From assembly GCA_951406725.2 (NCBI GenBank), contig OX597818.1, forward strand, positions 53,134,001 through 53,198,000: a DNA stretch of 64,000 bases, written 5' to 3'. A model generated the notes under the pieces. It was not told where the DNA came from and did no database searches. It was given only the letters and a program-made list of their open reading frames with translations. Below, in pieces: positions 40,730-54,359 of the stretch. Source of the stretch: Octopus vulgaris. Its lineage: Eukaryota. How positions within the stretch are numbered: the stretch's first letter is position 1; each line of letters begins with the position of its first letter. A program made the position numbers and the translations under genes.

Positions 40730-40932
40730 TATATATAATTTTAATCCAAACGGGAAAACAGAAAAAACAACAACACGTGGAACAATTACAGTATTATTAT
40801 TAATAGGCGCTCAGGAAAGATGGAAGCAGGAAGGTATGACGTTTCGAGCGGAGCTCTTCGTCGGAAACATAAAGATGGAAGAGAGAGGAAAGAAAGATCC
40901 CGAGGCGGGCAAACAGAGGGAGAAAAAAAACC

Positions 40933-40935
<3 letters not shown>
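40730..40935 (-). mobile_element. Penelope-like terminal-repeat fragment with hammerhead-like motif in (TA)n
   Basis: Minus strand CCGACGA-A-GAGC-TCC-GCTC-GAAA-CGTC at 40838-40864. Homologous to 3735-3950. Confidence 0.55.
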
Positions 40936-40984
<49 letters not shown>

Positions 40985-40999
40985 GCATGTATACACGCA

Positions 41000-41256
<257 letters not shown>

Positions 41257-41528
41257 TTATATATATGTATGTATGTATATGTATATATTTGTATCTTTTT
41301 TTTAATCCTTGTCTCAGTCATTAGACTGCAGCCATACTGGGACACTGCCTTGAAGAATTTTAGTAGAGAAAATCGACCCCGGTTCTAATCTTTTTCGATA
41401 AACCTAGTAATTATTCAAATGGGGGTTTATTATATTTTTTTTTGCCGAACCGCTAAGTTACGGAGATGTAAACACACCAGCACTTGTTGTCAAGCATTGA
41501 TGGGGGATAAACACAGACGCAAACACAC

Positions 41529-41626
<98 letters not shown>

Positions 41627-41758
41627 CGGGCTTCTTTCCATTTCCGTCTACCAAATGTACCCACAAAGCCCTGGTCGGCCCGAGGCTATAGCAGAAGAGA
41701 CTTGCCCAATGGGACTATGTATGTATGTATGTTTGTATATATATATATATATATATAT

Positions 41759-41817
41759 ATAGCAGCCATGATCTGACTTTAAAACCACCTGTTTTAAAGT
41801 CAGATCATGGCTGCTAT
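41759..41817. repeat. Perfect 27-bp-stem inverted repeat, 5-nt loop
   Basis: ATAGCAGCCATGATCTGACTTTAAAAC-CACCT-GTTTTAAAGTCAGATCATGGCTGCTAT. Confidence 0.95.
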
Positions 41818-41968
41818 TTTCAGCATGGTGGTGTCTCGTAGATACCCTAACTTATAATTTTAATAATTATTGCCTCTGAAGGTTATTTTTTCCATGCTGA
41901 CCACTTGATAAAGCCGTTATTTTATTTTTAAATTAACGATCTTATCCTTATTTATATAAATTATTTAT

Positions 41969-42023
<55 letters not shown>

Positions 42024-42073
42024 CATATGTATATATGTATTTATGAACATCTATATGTATACCTATGTATATA

Positions 42074-42172
<99 letters not shown>

Positions 42173-42932
42173 GCCCACGCACATACTGGGTGTATGTGTC
42201 TTTTGACTGCCAATATGTAAAAACAATATGTAAAAACAAAACAATAAGTTGTAAATATCGGAAAGAAGTCTGAAAAACTTTCGGATAAAATAAACTTGTC
42301 CACCGAATTATGCGCAGAATCCTTTGTCACTGATGCCATCATAAAACCAGCGAAGCAGTAACAGTCTAACTGGAAACCTATGACCAACGGTACTATTGTC
42401 TACAAAATATAGAATATTCTTTCTATTTTTTAATAGAAAAGTAAGTCCCATTTCTTGTCAGATTGTAGAAACGTTGTAAAGCGTAGCGGTAATTCCCAAG
42501 TAAGGCGGCGAGCTGGCAGAAACGTTAGCACGCCGGGCGAAATGCTTAGCGGTATTTCGTCTGCCGTTACGTTGTGAGTTCAAGTTCCGCCGAGGTCGAC
42601 TTTGCCTTTCATCCTTTCGGGGTCGATAAATTAAGTACCAGTTACGCACTGGGGTCGATGTAATCGACTTAATACCTATGTCTGTCCTTGTTTGTCCCCT
42701 CTGTGTTTAGCCCCTTGTGGGTAATAAAGAAATAGAAATAGGTAATTCCCAAGTAATCTTTTAGCCCTTCATGGAACAAAACCAGCATTTTTGAGGGGAA
42801 GGGGGTCCATCGATACTACGACCCTAGTATTTCATCGACTGCCCACATTGTAATTTGAACTCAGATTATAAACACTAATGTAAGGCAATCACTTCATCCT
42901 CTAATCTTTCTACCAGCATGTTACCAAATATA

Positions 42933-43069
42933 AGGTTGTCCCAAAAGTTCGTAGAAAGTCTTGGAAAATAATGGTCTTTATTCTGAGGAATAATTTTTGT
43001 TGTTTTTGTTAGTACTTGGCGAGTAAAAATTCAATTTTCGCAAGTGTTTACGAACTTTTGGGACAACCT
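42933..43069. mobile_element. Mariner-like MITE (~137 bp)
   Basis: 21-bp perfect TIR AGGTTGTCCCAAAAGTTCGTA / TACGAACTTTTGGGACAACCT in TA-rich flanks. Confidence 0.8.
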
Positions 43070-45549
43070 AATAATTCCTTACATTGCTCCGAGCCATTGC
43101 TTCTTAGAGAAGTATTGAATGCGCCGAGCTAGCTGAATCGTTAGAACACCAAACAAAAGGCCCGGTGGCATTTGATCTGTCTTTATTGTTCTCAGTTCTA
43201 ATGCCGCTGGGGTCGACTTTGCCTTTCATCCTTTCCGAGTCGATAGAATAAGCACCAGTGTAACACTACGGTCGAAATTGCTTGCTTTTTGTTTTTTGTT
43301 TTTGTTTTTAATTGTTTCAGTCATTTGACTGCGGCCATGCTGGAGCACCGCCTTTAGTCGAGCAAATCGACCCCGGGACTTATTCTTTTTGTAAGCCCAG
43401 TACTTATTCTATCGGTCTCTTTTGCCGAACCGCTATGTGACGGGGACGTAAACACACCAGCATCGGTTGTCAAGCAATGCTAGGGGGACAAACACAGACA
43501 CACAAACACACACACATACATATATATATACATATATACAACAGGCTTCTTTCAGTTTCCGTCTACCAAATCCACTCACAAGGCATTGGTCGGCCCGGGG
43601 CTATAGCAGAAGACACTTGCCCAAGATGCCACGCAGTGGGACTGAACCTGGAACCATGTGGTTGGTTAGCAAGCTACTTACCACACAGCCACTCCTGCAC
43701 CTTTGTGCCAAAATTTGAAATAATTATTAGAGAAGTGGTGATGTTTAAGCCTTTTGAAAGATCATTTGTAGCGCCTGTGAAATGAAGGTTTCTGACGGAG
43801 ATTCGAAAGCGACCCACGAGATTAGACTTGCGATGGATTTTCCGACCCCATCACAGTACTTCTTTTCACTTTAGTAGTATTTTCTCCTACATTAAGGCAA
43901 CGAGCTGGCAGAATCGTTAAGCACGCAGGAAAAATGCTTAGCAATATTTCGTCCCGCTTGGCGTTCTGAGTTCAAGTCGATGAACATCACCGAGGTCGAT
44001 ATTTGCCTTTCGTCCATTTTTTTTTCGCCCTTTTCAAGCCTAGCCAGGCTCATGGGCCCGGTTTCCCGGTTTCTGTGGCATATGTGTTCCCCAGCTGGAC
44101 GGGACGCCAGTCCATCGCAGCGTTACACAAGAAACAAGAAGAGAAAGTTGTGGCGAAAGAGTACAACCGGGGTCGCCACCAGCCACTGCCGGAGCCTCGA
44201 TGGGCTTTTAGGTGTTTTCGCTCAATAAACACACAAAATGCCCGGTCTGGGAATCGAAACCGCGATCGTCCGACCGCGAGTCCGCTGGTCTAACCACTGG
44301 GCCATTGCGCCTCCATCTCGTCCTTTTGGGATCCATAAAATAAGTACCAGTTGATCACTGGGGTCGATGAAATCGACTTTCCCCGCCAGATTGCTAACCT
44401 TGCGCTATTTTCTCTTACGTTGGCAAATTTTTTCCATTACGTTGGCAAGAAGACAGGCTTATGTTTTAAGAAAAAGTAATGTGATGGTTCTTATCATTAT
44501 CCAGTGATATCAGTGAGAAATAGAACAGAATAGTTCGGTTTATGGGCCCGGTTCAAGAAGAACTTCGCAGTTCTCAACGCCACTTGCCTAGGAAGCCAGA
44601 ATAATCATTCCCAACAATGACACAGGACGACATATTTTGTAAGAAGAGAAATCTTAACCTAAAGTGCAACCTCATTGCATTAATGGTATTTATATTTTAT
44701 ATTTGACGGCGAGCTGGCAGAAACGCTAGCACGCCGGGCGAAATGCGTAGCCGTATTTCGTCTGCCGTTACGTTCTGAGTTCAAATTCCGCCGAGGTCGA
44801 CTTTGCCTTTCATCCTTTCGGGGTCGATAAAATAAGTACCAGTTACGCACTGGAGTCGATATAATCGACTTAATCCGTTTGTCTGTCCTTGTTTGTCCTC
44901 TCTGTGTTTAGCCCCTTGTGGGTAATAAAGAAATTGGTATTTCATCTCTGAGTTCAAATTCCGCCGAGGTTGACTTTGCCTTCCATCCTTTCGGGGTCGA
45001 TAAATAAAGTACCAGTTACGCACTGGAATCGATATAATCGACTTAATCCTTGTTTGTCCCCTCTATGTTTGGCCCCTTGTGGGTTGTAAAGAAACAGATA
45101 ATTTTCTCTCTGGTATTTTCCCCTCATACACATAACTCATTCTTTGTTAAGGAGAGGAGAAAAGAAAAAAAAAATAGGGCGGCGAGCTGGCAGAATTGTT
45201 AGTACGCCGGGCGAAATGCGTAGCCGTATTTCGTCTGCCGTTACGTTCTGAGTTCAAATTCCACCGAGGTCGACTTTGCCTTTCATCCTTTCGGGGTCGA
45301 TTAAATAAGTTCCAGTTACACGCTGGGGTCGATATAATCGACTTAATCCGTTTGTTTGTCCTTGTTTGTCCCTTCTGTGTTTAGCCCCTTGTGGGTAGTA
45401 AAGAAATAGATATTTTTATTTTTCGACTCTGGATTGATGTAAAGTGAAGTCGTCTATGGTGGCGTTCAGTGACGTAGCTAAAGTGTGTACCATCCGAAAT
45501 AAACCCTTGTATTTGCAACCCACCCCGCACCCTTGCAATATAACTTTTA

Positions 45550-45768
45550 CGAGGGAGCGCCGAAAAGTTCCTGGTTTTGGGTAAAAGAAAATACAGGAGA
45601 ATCAGTTAATTATGATTTTATTCAATATGTTCCCCTCTCAGATTCACACACACTTATGGCAGCGGTCTCTCAGATTTTCTAAACCCTGTAAAAGGACTCG
45701 GAAGTTTGGGCCTCCAACCAGGCATTTCGCGATATTCTTAAAGCCAGGAACTTTTCAGCACCACCTCG
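45550..45768. mobile_element. Mariner-like MITE (~220 bp)
   Basis: TA-CGAGGGAGCGCCGAAAAGTTCCTGG ... CCAGGAACTTTTCAGCACCACCTCG-TA: imperfect TIRs with TA target duplication. Confidence 0.8.
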
Positions 45769-46270
45769 TACAGCCTTATACAGCTGACCCAAAAGCACCA
45801 CCCCATAAAATCATCGTCTGATACAGACTACCCTCCACATACACACATATATACACTTCGTGCCTCCCTCCAGCTACGATACCGGTGACGTTAAAGATAG
45901 AATGCTAGATATAGAAACAAGGTTTTTAGGCAGGTTGCGTCTATTTTTTTCTGTCAATTTCCTGGGTTGTTATAACGTCATGCCAAGATGGAAAACAGCC
46001 ATATTATTGCAAGGCAAAGAAAACATTAATCCTGTAACCATGACAAAAGTACTGACCTCAATAACACATTTGCTTTTTAACAATACCATCTCTAACCCAT
46101 CTCCTCTGTATGAATGACTTCAAACTATATACAAGGTACAATAAACATCCTGTTTGAAAAGTTACTAAAAATTGTTGCTGATTTCATATAAAATATAAAA
46201 TTGTGTACAAGGTTAGATTCAGACAACTTTCTTGAAAAGCTTCAGTCTTTTGTTTCAGAATTCCGCCAGA

Positions 46271-46700
46271 GGATCTTTTCGCTTTGAACGGCAGTTTCTT
46301 CTAGCGGTGTCATATGAAATTGTCACCCATAATTATGACCCTAGTATCGATCTATTGCATTTCAATCTGTTTTAGGGTTAGGGTTAATTATGGTTAGCGG
46401 GGTGGGGGAAGGGTATCTTTTTTTCTTCACAAATGTAAATAAACCCAATCTGTTTCTTAAATGAGGGACATATTCATACGGTACAGAATAATTTTTACCT
46501 CAATAGGTGTCACTGATTGGTTGAAATTGCAGAAATTGAAGAAAAAAAACAACAAATATCTTACAAACTATAGAATTTTCTCAATAAAGCCAAGAGTAAA
46601 AGATGTTTTATAAACACATTCTACCAGTATACGAAGTTTAAAATTTTTTAGTTACCTAGAAATTATTTTAAAAAACTGCCGTTCAAACCGAAAAAACTCC
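46271..46700. mobile_element. GGATC-TIR MITE with internal TTAGGG repeats
   Basis: Same family as 19856-20272 in the opposite orientation. Flanked by a 33-bp direct repeat (46238-46270 / 46701-46733). Confidence 0.85.
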
Positions 46701-46849
46701 AGCTTCAGTCTTTTGTTTCAGGTTTCCGCCAGACACAACCAGGGTTCTTTACTTTCAGCATCCTCAGTTTGTTTCAAGAATTGGCCATATCAGTATTTTT
46801 CTTTCCATCTGTTCTTTCTGTTTCCGAATTCTTCTACTGTTCCAGTAAA

Positions 46850-47368
46850 TTTTGGACACATCTAACAGTCGACAACATTCTTTCTTCACGATGTACAACA
46901 TAATTTTCAGTCTTAAACATACATACATTGATACATTGAAACTCCGACGTCTGGCAGCTGACTTGACAGACACCCATAAAATTATTAACCATCTTACAAA
47001 CAATAACTCTGAACACATTTTCAAACTCCACTTGTCTAACACCCGTGGACATGTTTACAAAGTCAGAAAACAGCACAGCTCCCTTGACTTTCGGAAATAT
47101 TTTTTCACGCTAAGAGTTGCTGAAGCATGGAACAAACTGCCGGTATCAGTTGTTAGTGGTCGGAGCACTGCATCCTTCAAAACTTCCATGCTTCCTGAGA
47201 TTCGCCAACACTACACCTGATTTTCTCCCCTCCATACACACGAAAGCATGTATCTGACTCACACACTGTTCACTTCCCAGACATTTGTACATTACTGCAT
47301 ATGCTTTATACGCACTTTTGACAAGTTGTGGTGCACCCGAGCACTGTATACTATAATTTCATTATTAT
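46850..47368 (+). mobile_element. CR1/L2-like LINE 3' fragment
   Basis: DTLKLRRLAADLTDTHKII...TRGHVYKVRKQHSSLDFRKYFFTLRVAEAWNKLP carries the CR1 TRGH and FFxxRVxxxWNxLP motifs. 3' UTR ends in (ATT)n. The same tail lies at 53900-54505, split by a SINE. Confidence 0.85.
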
Positions 47369-47374
47369 ATTAAT

Positions 47375-47783
47375 TTCAGTTTGAACGGCAGTTTTTTCTA
47401 GCGGTGTCATATGAAATTGTCACTCATAATTATGACCCTAGCATCGATCTATTGCATTTCAATCGGTTTTAGGGTTAGGGTTAGGGGTGGGGGGAAGGGT
47501 ATATTTTTTTCTTCAGAAATGTAAATAAACCAATCTGTTTCTTAAACGAGACATATTCATACGGCACAGAATGTTTTCACCTCAATAGACGTCATTGATT
47601 GGTTGAAATTGCAGAAATTGAAGAAAAAAACAACAACAAATATCTTACAAACCATAGAATTTTCTCAATAAAGCCAAGAGAAAAAGATGTTTTATAAACA
47701 CATTCTACCAGTATACGAAGTTTAAAATTTTTTAGTTACGTGGAAATTATTTTAAAAAACTGTCGGTCAAACCGAAAAGATCC
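47375..47783. mobile_element. GGATC-TIR MITE, left TIR partly deleted
   Basis: Colinear with 46271-46700. Contains TTAGGGTTAGGGTTAGGGG at about 47469-47487. Confidence 0.85.
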
Positions 47784-48194
47784 CAATTTCGAAAACTTTT
47801 TCGGACCGCATAAGACATGGATCATGATCAGGCGGGCGGCATTGCTTAAAGGATTGAAAGTAATTTTTCGTGAGGCGTGCCGTCCAGAAAGTTTCCCATG
47901 ATTGGCAATGTGCTAAAGCTTACTACAGAGACACATAGACTTAAACTGTCAACGTTAGATTAGATCCTGCAATGAAAAACATCGCCGGAGATCGTAACAC
48001 TTGCCACAAACCTCACAAACAATACAAAGGTCGATGACCTTCCAACGAAATAATACGAATCACGCTGCAGGTGTCCGACGCCAGTGAAACATTAAAGAGA
48101 AACCAGAAACACGGCAAAACAGGTCACATTCACACCACAAAGTAAAACAGGTGTAACGTATATATACAAGAAAGAGAGAATGAACAAGTAAAAC

Positions 48195-48925
48195 AGGTGG
48201 AGGTGGTCATGGTGGTGGTGGTGGTGGTGGTGTAGGTGGTGGTGATGGTGGTGGTGATGGTGGTGGTGGTGGTGGGGGTTGCTGTGGTGATTGTGGTGGT
48301 GGTGGTGGTGGTGGTCATGGTGGTGGTATTGGTGGTGGTGGTGGTGGTGTAGGTGGTGGTGGTGGTGGTGGTGGTGGGTGGTCATGGTGGTCATGGTGGT
48401 GCAGGTGGTGGTGCTGATGGTGGTGATGGTGTTGGTGGTGGTGGTGGTTGCTGTGGTGATTGTGGTGGTGGTGGTGGTGGTGGTGGTGGTGGTGGTGGTG
48501 GTGGTGGTGCAGGTGGTGGTGCTGGTGGTGGTGATGGTGGTGGTGGTGGTGGTGGTGGTGGTGGTGGTGGTGGTGGTGGTGGTGGTGGTGGTCATGGTGG
48601 TGGTGGTGGTGGTGAAGGTCATGGTGGTGCAGGTGCTGGTGCTGGTGGTGGTGGTGGTGAAGGTCATGGTGGTGCAGGTAGTGGTGCTGGTGCTGGTGAT
48701 TGTGGTGGTGGTGGTGGTGGTTGTTGCTGTGGTGATTGTGGTGGTGGTGGTAGTGGTGGTGGTGGTGGTCATGGTGGTGCAGGTGGTGGTGCTGGTGGTG
48801 GTGGTGTAAGTGGTGGTTGCTGTGGTGATTGTGGTGGTGGTGATGGTGGTGGTTGCTGTAGTGGTAGTGGTGGTGGTGGTGGTGGTGGTGGTAGTGCTGC
48901 TGCTGCTGTTGCTGTTGCTGTTGAG
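48195..48925. repeat. (GGT)n compound microsatellite, ~730 bp
   Basis: Visible directly. Source of the poly-Gly/Val/Trp/His/Thr/Pro ORFs. Confidence 0.97.
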
Positions 48926-48929
48926 CGGT

Positions 48930-50285
<1,356 letters not shown>

Positions 50286-50463
50286 CATTATCGCTGTGAA
50301 AACAACATCCACTCATGAATTTATTTATTTATTAATTTTTTAAATACATATTTTACCTGTGAATTTGCGTGTGTAATCTGGGAATGCATACAATGAGCCT
50401 CTCTGCCCTAAGTGTACGGAAAACACTCGCCGAGAAGCGGAAGAAAATTTGAAGAAAGAAGGA

Positions 50464-50518
<55 letters not shown>

Positions 50519-50524
<6 letters not shown>

Positions 50525-50752
50525 TCTATGTAATCTCAAGTTTTAATAATACTTTCTATGTAATCTCAAGTTTTAAAACAAACATAATTTTCGTATGGTT
50601 TTTTTAGACATTCACTAGTACAACACTAAGTACAAAACCAAATATTTGGCACCCTAGGTATAACACCAACATGAACTTCCAACTTGTGGTCTCTTGAGGT
50701 CACTGGGTGAGACTTGGAGCCAGCTTGTACAAATGTAAAGCAAAATTCAAAC

Positions 50753-50756
<4 letters not shown>
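50519..50756 (+). mobile_element. 3' end of R4/Dong-like element between (TAA)n tracts
   Basis: Homologous to the reverse complement of 7529-7760 (ILSM-stop plus UTR). First 30 bp tandemly duplicated. (TAA)n on both sides. Confidence 0.85.
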
Positions 50757-50825
<69 letters not shown>

Positions 50826-50939
50826 TACGGTCCTTAAATCCATCATAAACGAAAACTATATAAACATCACATCCTTACTCTATGTTACTGCAACAATCTG
50901 CATCAAAATGAGTGGCGTTTAAAAAGGAAAAAGTGGCAA

Positions 50940-51335
50940 CCTTTATATATAAAAGTCAAGTTGTGTGTCTGTCTCCTACGATTTAGATTCCTAACTACTC
51001 CCACATTTTGCGGTGCAGTTTAACCAAAACCGGGTATCTTATAGTCGTGATCATATCGATCCCTTCTGGGTATTAGCGCGCGTCTACGATGAGTTTACGA
51101 TTAAAAAAAAAATTACCATCATTTTTTCCATTTTAATGCATTTTTTTCGCTATTATATAAAGGAAGTAACTCTCTAAAAATGTCTACGATGAGTCTACGA
51201 TTTAAAAAAAAATTTACAATAATTTTTTTCCATTTTTAATGTATTTTTTTTGCTATTTTTTGGCTATAACTCTCTAAAAATGCTTATATAGTTATTTCCC
51301 TTACAAACCCGAGCAACGCCGGGCGATACTGCTAG
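50940..51335 (+). mobile_element. Non-autonomous Helitron-like element
   Basis: 5' CTTTATATATAAAA start, internal duplication, 3' hairpin CCCGAGC-AAC-GCCGGG (51308-51323) followed by terminal CTAG (51332-51335) then T. No TSD. Confidence 0.72.
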
Positions 51336-51599
51336 TTCGTTATAAAGGACCAACGTAGCAAAAATAATCAAGAAACCAGATCAATGTTCTCGAATGTGAT
51401 ATAGAATCATTGAAAAACTTAAAGCAACGATCATAATGTAAAACCATCTAAGGGGAGAAAGACAATGCGAAAATACGAATTGAAGTCAGAACACCAGTTT
51501 GTTGATGTAGTGGAGAAGATGAAACAATAATTGCAGGTCAAAGCTGCGCGTATTCGCCGCCTTGAAAAACGATCCTTGTTCTTAAAAGATAGCATGATT

Positions 51600-52379
51600 T
51601 AAATTTCGTTTTTGGATTTGGCTTGCAAGATTCTTTATGTGAGTTCGTGTGTTGAAGCATATTTTGTTGTGTCTGGGGAGAGTCATTCTCTTTTAGTTTC
51701 TTATAATTTAACACACTCACCGGTTCAATTTCCGCTCATTTACTTATTTGTTTTTTCCTAAAATTTTCGTTGCGTCTTTGCAACCTTTTCAACAACTATT
51801 GAAAAGGTTGCAAGACGCAACGAAAGTTTTATAAAAATAAAAAGGAAATGAGTGGAAATTTTACCGGTGAGTGTGTTAAATAATAAAGCGGATCTTTTCG
51901 GTTTGAACGGCAGTTTTTAACATAATTTCTAGGTAACTAAAAACTTTTAAACTTCGTATACTGGTAGAATGTGTTTATAAAACATCTTTTTCTCTTGGTT
52001 TTATTGAGAAAATTCTATAGTTTGTAAAATATTTGTTGTTTTTTTTTCTTCAATTTCTGCAATTTCAACCAATCACTGACGTCTATTGAGGAAAAAAAAC
52101 ATTCTGTGTCGTATGAATATGTCCCTCGTTTAAGAAACAGATTGGGTTCATTTACATTTGTGAAGAAAAAAAGATAACCTTCCCCCAACCCTAACCCTAA
52201 CCCTGACCCTAACTAACCCTAATTAACCCTAACCCTAAAACAGATTGAAATGCAATTGATCGATACTAGGGTCATAATTATGGGTGACAATTTCATATGA
52301 AACCGCGAGAAAAAACTGCCGTTCAAACCGAAAAGATCCAATTAAGCACTAAAAGAGAATGACTCTCACCAGACACAAC
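51600..52379. repeat. Fold-back repeat (~130-bp arms), right arm split by a MITE
   Basis: 51666-51792 is the reverse complement of 51799-51889 plus 52348-52379. The same family in partly inverted form lies at 12085-12290. Confidence 0.75.
51890..52339. mobile_element. GGATC-TIR MITE with (CCCTAA)n
   Basis: Perfect 28-bp TIRs. Flanks AATAAAGC / AATTAAGC (7/8 match, possible 8-bp TSD). About 8 degenerate CCCTAA units at 52185-52238. Confidence 0.9.
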
Positions 52380-52769
52380 GGAGCAAGATTTAAAATAATC
52401 CAAAGAGGCTCTATTGTGATATTGGAAAGAACACCGTCAAAATAGGGCATGTCCCTTCAGGAAATACTAGGTACAGAGGATAATTTGGACAAATGAGAAC
52501 TATTACAACTGTGATGCCCCATGGATTAATAGACCAAAAAAAAGGGACACTGAGCCTTTAGAGGAGCAAATATAGGATGAAATAAGGTTAGAAGATACCA
52601 GACTGACATTATAAAAGTTCAGTAAATTGAAGTCAACTGCTATGGATAAGATCCCGAACTACTGGCTCATTGTGTTTACAAACTCACGCAAGAAACTAAC
52701 TTCTTGTTGCAACGCAATTATGAAGGAGCCACAGACGACCCCAGAATGGTTGGTCAATGATATCTCTTT

Positions 52770-53746
52770 ATTTGTTTCTTAGCTGCTCACAAGGGGCTAC
52801 ACACAGAGGGGACAAACAAGGACAGACAAACGGATTAAGTCGATTAAATCTACCCCAGTGCGTAACTGGTACTTATTTAATCGACCCCGAAAGGATGAAA
52901 GGCAAAGTCGACCTCGGCAGAATTTGAACTCAGAACGTAGCGGCAGACGAAATACTTATTTCTTTACTACCCACAAGGGGCTAAACACAGAGAGGACAAA
53001 CAAGGACAGACAAGCGGATTAAGTCGATAATATCGACCTCAGTGCGTAACTGGTACTTATTTAATCGGACCCCGAAAGGATGAAAGGCAAAGTCGACCTC
53101 GGCAGAATTTGAACTCAGAACGTAGCGGCAGACGAAATACCTATTTCTTTACTACCCACAAGGGGCTAAACATAGAGAGGACAAACAAGGACAGACAAGC
53201 GGATTAAGTCGATAATATCGACCCCAGTGCGTAACTGGTACTTATTTAATCGGACCCCGAAAGGATGAAAGGCAAAGTCGACCGTGGCAGAATTTGAACT
53301 CAGAACGTAGCGGCAGACGAAATACGTATTTCTTTACTACCCACAAAGGGCTAAACATAGAGGGGACAAACAATGACAGACAAACGGATTAAGTCGATAA
53401 TATCGACCCCAGTGCGTAACTGGTACTTATTTAATCGACCCCGAAAGGATGAAAGGCAAAGTCGACCGTGGCAGAATTTGAACTCAGAACGTAGCGGCAG
53501 ACGAAATACCTATTTCTTTACTACCCACAAAGGGGCTAAACACATAGAGGGGACAAACAAGGACAGACAAACGGATTAAGTCGATTATATCGACCCCATT
53601 GCGTAACTGGTACTTAATTTAATCGACCCCGAAAGGATGAAAGGCAAAGTCGACCTCGGTGGAATTTGAACTCAGAACGTAGCGGCAGACGAAATGCAAC
53701 TAAGCATTTCGCCCGGCATGCTAACGATTCTGCCAGCTCGCCGCCT
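52770..53746 (-). mobile_element. SINE-B five-unit tandem array (~184-bp period)
   Basis: Units start near 52774, 52958, 53144, 53328 and 53512, and only the last carries the head. TSD TGATATCTCTTT at 52758-52769 and 53747-53758. Confidence 0.92.
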
Positions 53747-53974
53747 TGATATCTCTTTTTGGTTCTCGGAAAATAATGAAACAAACCCTGAAAACTACAA
53801 ACCTATAACATGCCTTAAAACAATGTACAAAATCCTTACATTTCTCCTAACGGAATGCATATATGCTTTTCTCATCAGCAACAATATCTTCCCCGATGAT
53901 ATTGCATCCTTTAAGATTTACATGTTTCCTGAAATTCACCAACACTACACCTGATATCCTGCCCTCCATACGTT

Positions 53975-54359
53975 TTGGAAGCACTCCGTCGGTTACGACG
54001 ATGAGGGTTCCGGTTGATCCGAATCAACGGAACAGCCTGCTCGTGAAATTAACGTGTAAGTGGCTGAGCACTCCACAGACACGTGTACCCTTAACGTAGT
54101 TCTCGGGGATATTCAGCGTGACACAGAGAGTGACAAGGCCGGCCCTTTGAAATACAGGTACAACAGAAACAGGAAGTAAGAGTGAGAGAAAGTTGTGGTG
54201 AAAGAGTACAGCAGGGATCACCACCATCCCCTGCCGGAGCCTCGTGGAGCTTTAGGTGTTTTCGCTCAATAAACACTCACAACGCCCGGTCTGGGAATCG
54301 AAACCGCGATCCTATGACCGCGAGTCCGCTGCCCTAACCACTGGGCCATTGCACCTCCA
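53975..54359 (-). mobile_element. SINE family A, full length
   Basis: Near-identical reverse complement of 121-509, with direct repeat CCTCCATACGT on both sides. Confidence 0.9.

Noticed and set aside
52185-52238. (CCCTAA)n as a telomere or chromosome-fusion relic
   Set aside because: Short, degenerate and located at the same internal position in several MITE copies.
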